Source of the DNA: Octopus sinensis
Taxonomy: Eukaryota
Reading direction: 5' to 3'
DNA: 64,000 nt
Assembly (NCBI RefSeq): GCF_006345805.1
Contig: NC_043017.1
Coordinates: 10,230,001 to 10,294,000, forward strand
In this document: positions 1-13,288 of the stretch, piece by piece
How positions within the stretch are numbered: position 1 is the first letter of the stretch
Layout of the letters: every line of letters starts with the position of its first letter
The notes under the pieces: model-generated
Databases searched by the model: none
Told to the model about the DNA's origin: nothing
What the model saw: the letters and a program-made list of their open reading frames with translations, nothing else
Made by a program: the position numbers and the translations under genes

Positions 1-607
1 GAATTACAGGAAATTGTATGTTCAATTCTTTAACGTAAAGACCCTTTTCCAGACAAGACATGTCCCTTGTTGGAAAGGCCAGATGTAACTTTGATTTTTT
101 TTACCATTGAAAGAACGAAAGGCAAAGTTGTCCTTAGTGAAGTTTGATCTCAGAATGTAAAGAATGGGAAGTAATGTTGCTTATTCTTTTTTGTTTTGGG
201 CCAACACTCGAACACCTTACCACCACCACCACCATCACCACTATCACCACCACCACCAGCTCCACCACCACCACCACCACCACCAGCAGCTCCGCCACCA
301 CCACCACCACCACTGCCACCGCCGCTGCCACAGCCACCGCCACCACCGCCACCACCACCACTGCCAACAACAAAAACAACAACAACAAACTGGAACAAGA
401 ACCACAAAAAAAAACAACTAAAATTTAAAAGACAAAACAACGGAGGAACATTATGACATTATCAAACGCATTACTTTGAGCACTTAATTAAAAAAAAATA
501 ATTTATACGTCTAAATATCTATGATTATGTGTGGATGTGTATGAGTGTAAAAAATATACATATTTATATGCGTGCATGCACACACACACATATGTGTATA
601 TGAGAGC

Positions 608-658
<51 letters not shown>

Positions 659-682
659 TATATACATACATATATATATATC

Positions 683-730
<48 letters not shown>

Positions 731-1179
731 ATATATATATGTATGTATATATGTATATATATATATATATATATGCACTCGTATACATATATAGACACAT
801 TTATATATACATGCATAGATATATATTTAAACACACACATACATCCATGCATTACCACGTATGCACATACATATACACACGCACGCATCTAAATATATAT
901 TTAATCAAAAACAAATTAATTTTCAAGTATTTCACGGAAATTTGAAAATTCTAAAAATGTTTTCTGCGTATTTTTTTTCCTTTGTATTTGTTTGTTTGTT
1001 TGTTCTTTCTGAAACTGTTTTACAAATGAAATATACATGTAGGAAGGATGATGTCGAGGATGAGGACGAGGACGATGATGAGGAAGAGGAGGAGGAGGAT
1101 GAAGACGACGACAACAATAATGATGATGATGATATATGATGATGACGATGATGATGATGATGAGGAGGAGGAGGATGAC

Positions 1180-1230
<51 letters not shown>

Positions 1231-1237
1231 AATGATG

Positions 1238-1268
<31 letters not shown>

Positions 1269-1379
1269 GGGGGAGGATGATGATGAAGACGACAACAACA
1301 ATAATGATGATGATGATATATGATGATGATGATGATGATGATGAGGAGGAGGAGGAGGATGAAGACGACAACAACAATA

Positions 1380-1416
<37 letters not shown>

Positions 1417-1513
1417 CGATGGTGAGGACGATGTTGATGATGACGATGATGATCAAGACAATGAGGATGATGATGATGATGATGATGATACTAATTTCTG
1501 CTATTTGCCAAAG

Positions 1514-1558
1514 GTGCATCAGATGAGGAGGCCATCACAAGGACAGTTTACAATTTCT
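1514..1558 (+). CDS. Candidate 45-nt internal exon of an unidentified + strand gene
   Basis: Unique island between microsatellites. Upstream ctaat branch-like motif and tttctgctatttgccaaAG acceptor; strong donor TCT|gtgagt. Phase 0 reads VHQMRRPSQGQFTIS; phase 1 reads GASDEEAITRTVYNF. Confidence 0.4.
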
Positions 1559-2033
1559 GTGAGTGTGTGAGGGGGGTGGGGTGGTAGTTTTACATAAAAG
1601 ATGAGGAGAAAGAAAGAGAAAAGAGAGTGAAATAATGGCGTTTTGGGTAAGTGTCTTCTTCTATAGCCTCAAGCCAACCAAAGCCTTGTGAGTGGATTTG
1701 GTAGATGGAAACTGAAAGAAGCCCGTCATATATATATATATAGCTTTAGTTTTTACTTGCTTTGGTCTGTGGCCATGCTGGGGCACCACTTTGAAGAAAA
1801 TTTATCAAATGAATCAATCCCAGTATTTATTTTTTTAAAACCTGGTACTTTCTTTTGCCAAACTGCTTAGTTATGGGACATAAGCACACCAACAGCGGTT
1901 GCCAAGTATTGTATGGGGTGGGACAGACATAGACACACACACACATACACACACACTTACACATACACACACACACATGTATATAAACAATGGGCTTCTT
2001 TCAGTTTCCGTCTACCAAATCCACTCACAAGGC

Positions 2034-2074
<41 letters not shown>

Positions 2075-2629
2075 GAGTGAGAGAGCAGTTCATGCCATCA
2101 AAGTGACACTGGGGTAAAATATACGAAGCCCAATATACCCATCATGACTACCCGTCTGATAAGGGTACACCAGGCACATGCATCACAACCATATGTGCGC
2201 GACATGGTGATCTCATATCAAGATAAACAGCACATGACCTTGCAGGTGGGGCCCAGTTAGAATTTTCTTCAGGTTGAGTAGCCCATCCCGCTCAAAAGGT
2301 CCCTGAATAAGGGTTGTTTAAGGATGTTGAAAGAACCACCCATGTTTCCAGAGGTGAATTATTCACATCCCAAAGAATCCTTTTCAACACATGGCTATGA
2401 TGCTCCCCCACTACTTCTGCTCGTGATCAGAGATGCACATATCGTCAGCCACTAAGGGACATGCTCAACTGGTTAAGGTCAAACAACTGACAAGCAAATC
2501 TGTGGTATTGAGTCAGAATATTTGCTGTAGCCCATCTTTTATACCAAGACAAAACAATGTACATGATAACACTTCCAATCAGTTAAGATCAGAAGCCATG
2601 AGAGCCACTGCCTGGTACTGCATCAGGGC

Positions 2630-2693
<64 letters not shown>

Positions 2694-2728
2694 ATTATTA
2701 TTATCATTATTATTATTATTATTATTAT

Positions 2729-2935
2729 TAAGGCAGTGAGCTGGCAGAATTGTTAAAAAAATGCATAGCAGTATTTTGCCCATCTATATACGTTCTGAGT
2801 TCAAATTCTGCTGCAGTCAACTTTGCATTTCATTCTTTCAGGGTTAATGGAATGAATACCAGTTGAGTACTGGGGTCGATGTAATTGACTCAACCTCTCA
2901 CCCAAAATTGCTGACCTTGTGGCAAAATCTGAAAT
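2729..2935 (+). mobile_element. SINE family B copy
   Basis: ggcagtgagctggcagaattgtta...gagttcaaattc...(att)n tail. Similar copy at 33783-33995. Confidence 0.8.
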
Positions 2936-3039
2936 TATTATTATTATTATTTTTATAATTATCATCATTATTCTCTTTGTTCATTACGTACAAGTTTTAA
3001 TTTTGGTGCATGACTTTTGGCCCACACTATATGTATATG

Positions 3040-4100
3040 CATGTTTGTACATGTCTCTCTGGGCATGTGAGTGCATGTGTGTGTGTGTAATAGTGTGTAA
3101 GTGTGTGTGTGCGTGTGTAACTGTGTGTGTGTAACTCTGTGTGTGTGTGTAACTGTGTGTGTGTGTAATTGTGTGTGTGTGTGTAACTGTGTGTGTGTAA
3201 CTGTGTGTGTGTAACTGTGTGTGTATGTGTATGTGTAACTGTGTGTGTGCATGTGTAACTCTGTCTCTGTGTGTGTGTGTGCATTTGTATATTTTTATAT
3301 TAACGTGTGTATGTGTATATGTGTGCATGCTCCAGGCCTATGTGTGTGTTTGTGTGTTTTTATGTGTATATTTTTATGTAAATGTGTGTGTATGTGTGTG
3401 TGCGTGCGTGCACACATGTGTGCATGTGGGTGTGTGCACATGTATGTGTGTGTCTGTGAGTGTTAGTGTGTGCATTTGAGTATGTGTGTGTGCATGTGTG
3501 TGTGTGTGTGTGTATGTGCATGTGCATGTCAAGTCTATGTATGTTAATGTGTGTGTACATTGAGGCCAGAATATGTGAGGCATGTATGTGTATACATATG
3601 TATATTCTATATAAACGCATGTGTGTACATATGTATGTATTTATGTGCATACATACATATATTTTACATAAACCTAAGTATGCGTGACTGCGTGTACATT
3701 TCTCAGTATACACGAGTGTGTATGTACATGTATGTGTATGTATGTCTGTATGTGTTTATGCGTGTTTCTCTATGTGGTTTGCATGTATGTATGTGTGTAT
3801 CTATATTTGTGTGTGTGTGTGGATGTGTGCATGTACGTGTGTGTGTCTGTGCATGTGTGTGTACGTGTGTGTGTGTTTGTGTGTGTGTGTACATGTGTGT
3901 GTGAGCGTGTTTGTGTGTGTGTGTGTGTTTGTGTGTGTGTTTGTGTGTGTGTGTTCGTGTGTGTGTGTACATGTGTGTGTGTACGTGTCTGTGTACATGT
4001 TTGTGTACGTGTTTGTGTGTGTGTGTTTGTGTATGTGTGTATGTACCTGCGTGTGTGTGTACATGTGTGTACGTGTGTGTGTGTACGCGTGTGTGTCTGA
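3040..4100 (+). repeat. Compound (GT)n/(GTAT)n microsatellite field, representative of many across the window
   Basis: Direct inspection. Similar fields at about 540-890, 9120-10110, 10430-11750, 22680-23130, 30830-33110, 35760-36730, 39200-40760, 45560-48230 and 50800-52260. Confidence 0.95.
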
Positions 4101-4417
4101 CTTGCAGAGAAGGTGCCAGAATATATGTAGTGAAATGTCAGGAGATATCTGCAGGCCACTTGGAATATTTGTGCCTGAATGCTTCCATTTACCAAAGACA
4201 TGACAAGAGTCTATGGTGACATGGCAGTAACCTTTACCGGAATGGAAGTCAGAATGTCTGTCTACAGAGAGGTGCTGGTGTGCACATGGATATGTGTGTG
4301 TGTGCGTGTGCGTCTGCGTGTGTATGTATGTATGTATGTATGTATGTATGTATGTATGTATGTGTGCATGTATGTCTATATCTATCTATCACCTCTTTCT
4401 CTCTCTTCCTCTCAGTG

Positions 4418-4450
<33 letters not shown>

Positions 4451-5123
4451 GTGGATGTGTCTATAGGTGTATGTATGTGCATGTGTGAGTATATGTAGTA
4501 TGTATTATGTATCTATATGTGTGTGTGAGTGTGTGTATGTATGTATGTGTGTATGTTTGTATGTGTGTACTGTACATATAAGTGTGCGTGTTTGTATGTG
4601 TATATGTGTATATGTATATAGGTATATGTGTGTAGGTAAGTGCATGCATGTGTATGTGTACGTGTGTATGTGTGTGTGTGCATGTGTGTGTGTGCGTGCA
4701 TGTGTCTGTGTGTGAAGAGAGAGTGAGAGAGAGAGATGTGTGAATGTGTACAGGTGAGCAGGTATATGAATAAATGTGTGAAAAGTATTTATACAAAACA
4801 GCCTGTGTGTGTATATATGTATGTGTGTATATATATATGTGTGTGTATATATGTAAGTATACATCTATGTACAGTTTTATTGTCTTGCTTGTTCCAGTCA
4901 TTGCACTGTGGCCATGCTGGTGCACCACCTCAAAGTTTTAGTCAATTAAAAGAACCCTAATACCTATTTTAAGTCCACTACTTATTCCATCAATCTTTTT
5001 TACTGTACTGCTAAGTTATAGGATACAAACATTCAGATGATGAGAGACCAACACACGCACACATACACACAAACAAACAAGCATATGTATGCATTTATAT
5101 ATAGTTGAGTGTGTTCTAAAATA

Positions 5124-6060
5124 TAGGGTCATCCCATAAATAATGCAGTTTTTTATACCTCTTTTATTTTTCAAAATTAAGATAAACAAAGTTCTTTTTT
5201 AATCTACATTCATTTCTACATTTTCCACAATGCTCTTCCATCTATCTGGTAGATTTGCAAGGCCCCTCTTCCAAAATTCCCTTGTCCCTCATGAAAAATA
5301 CTCCTCCACTACTGTTCTGACCTCGTCTACAGAATTCATATTTTTTCTGTCCAAATGATTTCGAAGACTGCGGAATAAATGATAATCAGATGGGTCAATG
5401 TCTGGTGAATATGGTGTGTGGGGGTTCGTTTCCCATTGAAACTGCTCCAGCCTTTGGAATGTCATCCTTGCTGTATGTGGCCGATCATTATCCTGATAGA
5501 AGAACACCTTTCGTCATGAAACCAAAGAGGGTCATTTTTCTTCTAGCACTGACTTAAGCTGCTCAAGCTGTTTGCAATAGATCCCCTTTGTTATCATTTG
5601 ATTCGGGTTTAGAAGTTCAAAGTGGAATAAGCCTTTCATATCCCACCAAACAGATAACAACACCTTATGTCAGTGAAAACCTTTTACTAGCTTGGGGTGC
5701 TGGTGTTTCTCTCCTTATCCACTGTCTTTGGTGCTTGACATTTTTAAAGAGAACCCATTTCTTGTCACCAGTCACTATTCGGCCCCCAAAAGGTTCATTC
5801 ATGAGACATGAGAGCAAAGAAGAGCACACATTCACTCTCTGCGTGTGATTAGACTCGAAAAGTTTATCAGGAACTTATTGACCCAATTTACTGACTTTTC
5901 CGATGGCACACAGGTGTCGATGAATGGTTGAAAGACCAAATCCAAGCTTCTCTGCTAGTTCTTCAACAGTTACGATAGGTTTGCAGGACATCCTCATCAA
6001 GCTCTACAGACCTTACATGATGAGGCTCATCTTCAAGGCTGTGGTTTCCGGCTTGGAAGA
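5124..6060 (-). mobile_element. Decayed, 5'-truncated mariner (DD34D) transposon
   Basis: Minus-strand remnants IVTGDKKW, QDNDRPH and HTPYSPDIDPSDYHLFRSL, plus N-terminal fragments SLEDEP..VELDEDVL and TVEELAEKLG. TA followed by a TIR-like end tagggtcatcccataaataatgc at 5124. Stops and frameshifts present. Confidence 0.9.
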
Positions 6061-6394
6061 AGGATGATGATGATGATGATGAGGAGGAGGAGGAGGAGGA
6101 GGATGGAGAGGAGGGGAGGAAGAAGAGAAGAAGAAAAAGAAGAAGAAGAAGAAAAAAAGAAGAAGAAAAAGAAGAAGGTAGTGGTGGTGAAGGAGGAGGC
6201 GGTGGAGGTGAATGAGAAACAGGAGAGGGTAAAACTTAAGATGAATGGAGGAAGAAAAGGTGAAGAAATAAATGAAAAAGAGTAAAGAAAAAATTAAAAA
6301 GAAAAGAGAAGGAACATGAAGGCAGAAGAAGGAGTTGTTGCTACGGTAACAGCATAACTGTGAATAATTCTTTAATAATAATTCTTGATGGTGC

Positions 6395-6432
<38 letters not shown>

Positions 6433-6565
6433 CATGTGTGTGTGTGGTGGAGGGTTGTTTTTTTTTGGCTATGCTGTTAGAGCATAACACACTGCTTAAC
6501 ACATTCACCCCACCAAATAACTACACACATACACATATATAAACACACACACACACACACGTATG

Positions 6566-6603
<38 letters not shown>

Positions 6604-6676
6604 TATTTTATAATATATATATCAATATTTTTGCCTCCTCACTGAACTCTCATGCAATGTCTTCAACAGGAGAGTC

Positions 6677-6708
<32 letters not shown>

Positions 6709-6777
6709 GACCACGTGTGTACCGTTGGAGATTTTTTTTCCTCTGTCTACCCTTCTCTGGATCTTTCCTTCTCCTAT

Positions 6778-6812
6778 GTTTCCGACGAAGAGCTCTGCTC
6801 AAAACGTTAAAC
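6778..6812 (+). ncRNA. Degenerate minimal hammerhead-like motif
   Basis: gttt CCGACGA a GAG ctctg CTC AAAAC GTT aaac. Stems I and II pair, but the core has U4C and G12A changes. Confidence 0.35.
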
Positions 6813-7868
6813 CCTCCTTCTTTCCTTCTTTCCTGAGTGTCCAATAATACTATATTTGTTCCACGTCCTCGCGTTGTTGTGTTTTTTTGTGCTTTCATGT
6901 TTGGATTAACTTTATATATATATATATATATATATATACATACATATATACATACATATATATACCGGAGTAAGCACATAAATGTGAAACAAGGTGGAAA
7001 AAAGAGTACTCAAATACCAGAGGTAGAGTAATAAGCTTTATTTAAAAGCTGCAGATGTTGCTTTTAAATAAGTATACATACATATACATATATATATATA
7101 TATATCGATATATATATACATACACACACACATATATATATAATATAGATAGACAGACAGATAGACAGATATATATATATATATATATACATATGTGCAT
7201 GTATATATGTATATAAATACACATTTGTGTATGAACATGTCCACATACCTTTATACACCTTATCCAACCAACTTCATTGTACAATGCTTCTTCAGATGTG
7301 CACAGAGCTTCGCATACAGATGTATATATATATATATATACATGCATACATACATACATATGAACTCAAATAGTTCAATTTATTTTAACATATTTTTATA
7401 AAATTTTCTACTCCATAACTCTCTAAATACTTAGCCATTTAAATATCAATATATAAGTACACACACACATATATATACATACACATATATATGTGCATGT
7501 TTGTATATAGGTATTTATATATATGTGCATATATATGTATATGCATATCTATATATGTATATACATGCATATACATATATACGATATATACACATACAGA
7601 AACATATATATAATATGTATATATGGGTGTATATGTATGTATGTATGTATGTAATATATAGAGAAGATCAATTGATTACTCAACAAGTCATTAAATCACT
7701 TGGTTTTAAATGATCATCAGGATTGCTTATTGCATTGCATCATCTGAAAAATGGTATTATGTTTGCGTCAACATAAAGTTTCCTGGCATAAACCAATTGT
7801 GGCAACATTTCAAATCAATTTGTTTCTCTGTTATTTACATACATACACAAAGATATATATATGCGTAA

Positions 7869-7904
<36 letters not shown>

Positions 7905-8284
7905 TATAAAGAAACACTTCTGAATTGAGTTTCATGTCACTGCAATCTTCAGGTGAGGACATCCCAATGTCGCCTGAAGATCACTTTGACATGAAACTCC
8001 TAATAGACAAAACAACCATATCCTTCACAATATGTACTGAGGACTCCTGTCTTGTTCATGTGCCTTGGTGTGGTGGATAGTGCAAAGTTGTTGTGATGGT
8101 GTTTTTGTAGTTGTTGCTGATGTTAACCAAATGTGTTCAAGCTGGAGTCATTTTTTTTTCTAGAGCTATATTATTCAGGACAGTAGGATGTAATTTGAGG
8201 GAGAGTTGGCTGCTATTTCACAGGGACTGCTAGTGATACAAAGGTGTTCATCTAGAAATGAGTGCTATACAGTTATTCTTTTAT

Positions 8285-8636
8285 TTTTTTATTCTTTTAC
8301 TTGTTTCAGTCATTTGACTGCAGCCATGCTGGAGCACCTGCCTTTAGTCGAACAAACCAACCCAGGACTTATTATTTGTAAGCCTAGTACTTATTCTATC
8401 AGTCTCTTTTACCAAGCTGCTAAGTTACAGGGATGTAAACACACCAACATCGGTTGTCAAGCGATGGTGGGGGCAGACAAACACAAACACACAAATACAT
8501 ACATACTTACATATACACACACACACACATACATACACACACACACATACATACACACACATACATACACACACATACATACATACACACACACACACAT
8601 ACATACATAACATACATACATACATACATACATACA

Positions 8637-8668
<32 letters not shown>

Positions 8669-8822
8669 AATAGAAAGTGCTTCTTTCAGTTTCCGTCTAC
8701 GAAATCTACTCACAAGGCTTTGGTCAGTCCAAGTCAATAGTAGAAGACACTTGCCCAAGGTTCCACACAGTGGGACTGAACCCAGAACCATGTGGTTGGT
8801 AAGCAAGCTTCTTACCACACGT
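8285..8822 (-). mobile_element. SINE family A copy with expanded internal (CATA/CA)n
   Basis: Reverse complement of the family A head, body and tail. Confidence 0.85.
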
Positions 8823-8894
8823 TGGCAGGGACAGTATACTGGTGGTGATGGCAGAGAAAGTGGTGAAGTTATTAAAGTTGGGGATGTTGCTTAA

Positions 8895-9115
8895 CCTTTT
8901 AGCATTTAAACCGACCATATCCAGCCAAAAGTATTCTACCTGTTTTATGTTCAAACTAGTCAGATCTGGTCTCTCACACCAACCCTACAATATCATTTTA
9001 AACATTAACAGCTACCTCATCAGACTCTCAAAGTTACAAGATAATGCATGATGAATTCAAAACAAGGTGGATGAAAAGGCATTAATTTGGGCAGAATAAT
9101 GTGAACACTAAAGGG
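8895..9115. mobile_element. About 220-bp MITE, TTAA-flanked (piggyBac-like)
   Basis: TTAA at 8891-8894 and 9116-9119; ends ccttttagcatt and aacactaaaggg form an imperfect TIR. Related partial copy near 62085-62260. Confidence 0.65.
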
Positions 9116-10284
9116 TTAAGGTGTTGGTGGTGGTGGTTGTGGCAATGATGGTGGATGGCAGTTGCAGTGTAGTGTTGTTGTTGATGTTGGTGGTGGTGGT
9201 GGTGACAGTGCTAGTGATGTTGTTACTAGTAATGATGGTGGCGGGGGTGGAGATAGTGGTCACAGTGGTGGCGCTTGGTTGTGGTAGTGGCAATTGTTGT
9301 TTTGTCAATGGTTAATGGTTGGAGTGGCTTTTCCTATGTGGTGGGCATAGTGATGAAGACAAGAGCTGTGTTGAGGGCAGTGGCAGGGAAGGGAGCTTTT
9401 ACCATGTGGTGACGAAGGTGGTGGAGATGGGAGCTGGGTTGATGATGATGATGGTGGAGGTGGAGACGGGAGCTATGCTGATGGTGGTGGCTTTTATGGT
9501 GTGGTGGTGATAGCAATAAGAGCTGTGTTGATGGTGATGGCGGCGGTGGAAACAAAAGCTGTATTGATGGCAGTAGTGGTGGTGATGGTGGTATTGGTGG
9601 TGGTGATGGTGGTGGTGATGGTGGTGGTGGTGGTTGTGATGGTGGCTTCTACTGTGTGATGGTGATGGCAGTGGTAGAGGTGGTAGTGGTGATGGGAGTG
9701 GTGGTGGTGATGGTGGTCGTGGTGGTCGTGATGGTGGTCGTGGTGATAGTGATGGTGGTGGTGGTGGTAGTGATGGTGGTGGTGGTGATGGTGGCTTCTA
9801 CTGCGTGATGGTGATGGCAGTGGTAGAGGTGGTTGTGGTGATGGTGGTGATGATGGTGGTTGTGGTGGTGGTGATGGTGGTGATAGTGGTGATGGTGGTG
9901 GCAGTGGCAGTGGTAGAAGTGGTAGTGGTGATGGGAGTGGTCGTGGAAGGAACTGATGATAGCACGGCATATGTTTGGCGTGTGTGTGTGTGTGTGCATG
10001 TGTGTATGTATGTGCACATATGTCTGTACGTCTCTGTATTTGTGTCCATGTGCATGTGTGTGTGTGCGCGTGTGTTTGTGTGTACATATGCATGTGTGCG
10101 AGTGTGGTGGTGTGCGATGCAAAATTTAATATTAATACAAGGTGTGCAGCATAAGTGAGAGGTGCAGCATCAGCATGGAGGGAGGGAGGGAGGGATGGAG
10201 GGAGGAGATGGGATGGGGAGGTGAGGTGAGGTGAGACAGCAGAAGGTGTTCCAAAAGAACGACACTGGATATTTGAAAAGGTGC

Positions 10285-10300
10285 AGTTACCATGGTAACT
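10285..10300. promoter_or_regulatory. Perfect RFX-type X-box palindrome AGTTACCATGGTAACT
   Basis: 16-bp perfect palindrome matching GTNRCC-N(0-3)-RGYAAC, in a roughly 110-bp unique island between simple repeats. Confidence 0.55.
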
Positions 10301-10435
10301 AAACCTGTCTAGAAAATTCCATTTGGCATCGTGCTGCAGGGAAGTTGTTGTTGTTGTTTGCTGTCGTTGTTTTTGTTGTTATTGTTCTTGTCATATCATT
10401 CTTTACTGACGATGTTACTGATGTTGCCGAAGTGT

Positions 10436-10484
<49 letters not shown>

Positions 10485-10547
10485 TAGCAGTAGTAGTAGT
10501 AGTAGCAGTAGTAGTAGCAGTAGTAGTCATGGTGGTATTGGTGGTAC

Positions 10548-10578
<31 letters not shown>

Positions 10579-11393
10579 GTTATTAATAATAATGATAATC
10601 ATGATAATAATAATAATAATATTAAAAATAATGTGAATAATAGTAATTATGATGATGATGATGATGATAATAATAATAATGATAATAATAATAATAATAG
10701 TAGTGATATTGAAAAAATATATATTCCTTCCTTCTTTTTACCATCATCATCATCATCATCATTATTTATATAGGTTTATTTATTTTATATATATTCTATA
10801 TATTAAATCACACATATACATGATACATACACACATGCATACATCCCTAAAACACTTATGTACATACATATATATAGATGTATATATATATATGCATACA
10901 TGCATACATATATATATATATGTACCTGTATATATATATACACACATACATATACATACATACATATACATACATACATACATGCATACATACATACATA
11001 CATACATACATACATACATACATACATACATACATACATACATACATGCATACATATATGCATATGCATTTCTGTGTTGGATGACTTTGGCACACTGCTG
11101 CTTCCTGAGGCATTGGTAATATAATAATGCACAACCATATACCTGAATATATAGGTGTGTAAGGCATTCTTTATGCATAGCTGTGTGTGTGTGCATGAAT
11201 TCATGTGTGTTTACCTGTGTTAATATATATAATTCTTTCCCTTTCTTTCTTTCTCTCTCTCTCTCTCTTCCTCTCTCGACTCTGTCTGTCTCTCTCCTTC
11301 TCTATATATAGAGATAGAGAGAGAGGAGGTGAAAATACATATCCCTTTCGTGTGAATGTATATGTATGTGTAAATAAATATATATATATATAT

Positions 11394-11462
<69 letters not shown>

Positions 11463-11501
11463 AATATCAGTACCATTATGCCAGCCTCCAGAGAACAGAA
11501 A

Positions 11502-11572
<71 letters not shown>

Positions 11573-12044
11573 ATACACACATACATACATACATATATAT
11601 ATATATACGCACACACACACACACATATATATATATGTATATCACCCATGGAAGGTGAACCTTAAATGATATATATATATACGCACACACACAAACATAC
11701 ATATATATATATCTATATATATATATACACATACATATGTATATCTACATACTACAGGCACAGGGACATGGCCGAATGATAAAGGAGTTTGTGTTGCAAT
11801 CTCACACCTTTAATAGTTCAGTTGCTATTCTACCAACACCTAGGCAGTAAATTTGGTTGATAGAAACTATATGGAAGCCTCATAATTTAACATGCACATT
11901 TTAACGCTTCTATGGGTTAGACAGAATTTGTTGAGGCAGATCCGTCTATGGCCACCACATCATACTTGTCAGCAATCCTCACCTGTTTCCAAGAACACAG
12001 AAAACTTATCTGGTATTTATTCTTTATATTAACGTTCTAGTATT

Positions 12045-12468
12045 CCTTTATTCTTTTACTTGCTTCAGGCATTTGACTGTGGCCATGCTGGGGCACCACC
12101 TTGAAGAGTTTTTTTTTGTTTTTAGTCAACAGAATCGACCCCAGGACTTATTCTTAGTTAGCACAGTACTTATTCTATCAGTGTCTTTTGCCGAACCACT
12201 TAGTTACAGGGAATAAACATACCAACATTGGTTGCTAAGTGATGGCGGCTGGACAGACATAGCCACAAAGACACACACACATAGATATATGCATGCGCAC
12301 ATACACACGCACGCACATATACGATAGGCTTCTTTCAGTTTCTGTCTACCAAATCCACTCACAAGGGTTGGTCTGCCCGAGGCTATAGAAGAAGGCCCCA
12401 CACAGTGGGACTGAACCAGGAACCATGTGGTTGGGAAGCAAGCTTCTTACCACACAGCCATGCCTGCA
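12045..12468 (-). mobile_element. SINE family A copy
   Basis: Reverse complement of family A. Confidence 0.85.
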
Positions 12469-13188
12469 CCTATAATGTTTCATAAGAATGGTAAACATCA
12501 ATTATATGAGTATAAAATCCAGTTTCAAGAATGTATGCTGCTGGCTCCCAACCATATCAGAACTGGAATTTAAGGATGGAACTGATCTTTGATACACATA
12601 CCTGCCAATAATATGTCGCACTCTTTGGAATACTTTCTGAATTGTATACACACACACTCAATTGATTATAGGGCTTCAAAAGAATCTAGGCACATCAATA
12701 CTAAGGACACCATAAATGGCTAGGTACAATAACGCAGAGTTCACAGTAGGATGAACAGCATTGAAGGCATAAATTTTTGGTGGTATACAGTAGATATGTA
12801 ATTATCAAATCCAATTTAAACTGACGTTGGATGTGTCTGGGTTGATGTATGAAATCTCACCTGTTTGAAATTATTCCTGTTTGAAATATTACCTGAAGTG
12901 GTAGATTATATCATATGAGGCAATCTATGAATGCATTAATAAAATTTTAACTAAAACATCTATTGTAAAATTTGATCATCAATATATGGATAGATATATA
13001 TATATATATATATAATATTATATATAATATTATATTATATATATATATATATATATAATTATTTCAATTTTTTATTTCATCAAGTTTCAGCTCACGAGCT
13101 GTGGCCATGCTGGGGCATATATATATATATATTACATTATATAGATAGTTAGGGTAAATCCCAGCTGTTTCCTCTTGAAGCACACCTG

Positions 13189-13288
13189 NNNNNNNNNNNN
13201 NNNNNNNNNNNNNNNNNNNNNNNNNNNNNNNNNNNNNNNNNNNNNNNNNNNNNNNNNNNNNNNNNNNNNNNNNNNNNNNNNNNNNNNN
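13189..13288. other. Assembly gap (100 N)
   Basis: Run of exactly 100 N, typical of a scaffolding gap of unknown size. Confidence 1.
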
